A stretch of DNA of 64,000 bases. It comes from Syntrophales bacterium (GTDB lineage Bacteria; Desulfobacterota; Syntrophia; Syntrophales; UBA2210). A program made the translations under genes and the position numbers. Shown here piece after piece: positions 63,244 through 64,000 of this stretch (its first letter is position 1; each line of letters opens with the position of its first letter). The notes beneath the pieces are model-generated. The model searched no databases. It saw only the letters and a list, made by a program, of their open reading frames with translations, and was not told the DNA's origin. Where the stretch lies: assembly GCA_963666365.2 (NCBI GenBank), contig CAXXNF010000001.1, positions 1,248,001-1,312,000 of the forward strand, in the 5' to 3' direction.

Positions 63244-64000
63244 TTACATTCTCCCATTGGCGAGAATTTCCTGAGCGAAACTCATGTACGAGATTGCCCC
63301 ACGAGAATTAACGTCATATTGAATAATCGGCAATCCGTGACTCGGACATTCGGAAAGCCTGACGTTTCTCGGGATAATAGTGTTAAACACGTTTCGACCG
63401 AAATATTTCTTCACCTCTTCCGCGACACGGTGGGAAATGCGATTGCGCGTATCAAACATGGTCAGGAGTATTCCCGCCAGCGAAAGAGATGGATTCAGCC
63501 GTGTTTGAACCAGCTTGACCGTGTTAAGCAGTTGACCAAGCCCCTCGAGCGCAAAATATTCGCACTGAAGGGGAACAATGACACTGTCGGATGCAACGAG
63601 AGAATTTACGGTCAAAAACCCCAAGGATGGAGGACAATCGATTATAATAAAATCGTATTCTTTGTCAATGTTTTTCAAAAGCTCCTTCAGCTTCTTTTCA
63701 CGATCCTTCAGTGACACAAATTCCACCTCAACACCGATAAGATCCTGGCTTGAAGGAATGATATCGAAACGCTCCACGGCAGTATTCAGTATCACCTCGC
63801 AGGGAGGAATCCGTCCGATAAGTGTGTGGTACAGGTTGCGGTCCTTCACTTTTTCTTTTTCAATTCCTGAACCGCTGGTTGCGTTTCCCTGAGGATCGCA
63901 GTCGATAAGAAGGGTGCATTTCTCCGCGGCCGCAAGTGAAGCCGACAGGTTTATGGCAGTCGTGGTTTTACCGACCCCTCCTTTTTGGTTGGCAACGCAT
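63244..64000 (-). CDS. parA: Chromosome partitioning ATPase ParA/Soj, 5' end just beyond window
   Basis: ANQKGGVGKTTT at the window edge, IDCDPQGN, IDCPPSLG, PLQCEYFALEG, IPRNVRLSE. Confidence 0.96.
   Translation of the reverse strand, partial: CVANQKGGVGKTTTAINLSASLAAAEKCTLLIDCDPQGNATSGSGIEKEKVKDRNLYHTLIGRIPPCEVILNTAVERFDIIPSSQDLIGVEVEFVSLKDREKKLKELLKNIDKEYDFIIIDCPPSLGFLTVNSLVASDSVIVPLQCEYFALEGLGQLLNTVKLVQTRLNPSLSLAGILLTMFDTRNRISHRVAEEVKKYFGRNVFNTIIPRNVRLSECPSHGLPIIQYDVNSRGAISYMSFAQEILANGRM

Noticed and set aside
60824..64000. parS sites near parAB
   Set aside because: No convincing match to TGTTTCACGTGAAACA was found by eye

Overview
Chromosomal, mostly housekeeping and metabolic window from an anaerobic bacterium. 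The gene repertoire and roughly mid-50s %GC (judged by eye) suggest Desulfobacterota, Syntrophales-like; this is an inference. The right end holds the origin region on the minus strand (parA-parB-dnaA-oriC-dnaN-gyrB-gyrA). The rest contains acyl-CoA ligases, htpX, an AAA+/VWA pair, fba, ychF, typA, pcm, lgt, trxB, archease-rtcB, transporters, an AT-richer regulator/ligase/binding-protein islet, a decayed IS21-like element and several palindromic repeats. The most notable hidden layer is stop-codon recoding that the ORF track misses. Four in-frame UGA codons are each followed by a hairpin carrying GGU at its apex (SECIS-like): a CoA-disulfide reductase-family enzyme, an FmdB zinc ribbon ending U-G, and two unannotated small candidate selenoproteins (14062-14211 and 32492-32686). 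There is also an in-frame UAG upstream of both catalytic residues of a clostripain-family protease, a CysRS paralog with an altered zinc site, and a 1-nt frameshift in dnaN. No rRNA, tRNA or CRISPR array was seen. All family calls come from motif recognition by eye; no database searches were run.
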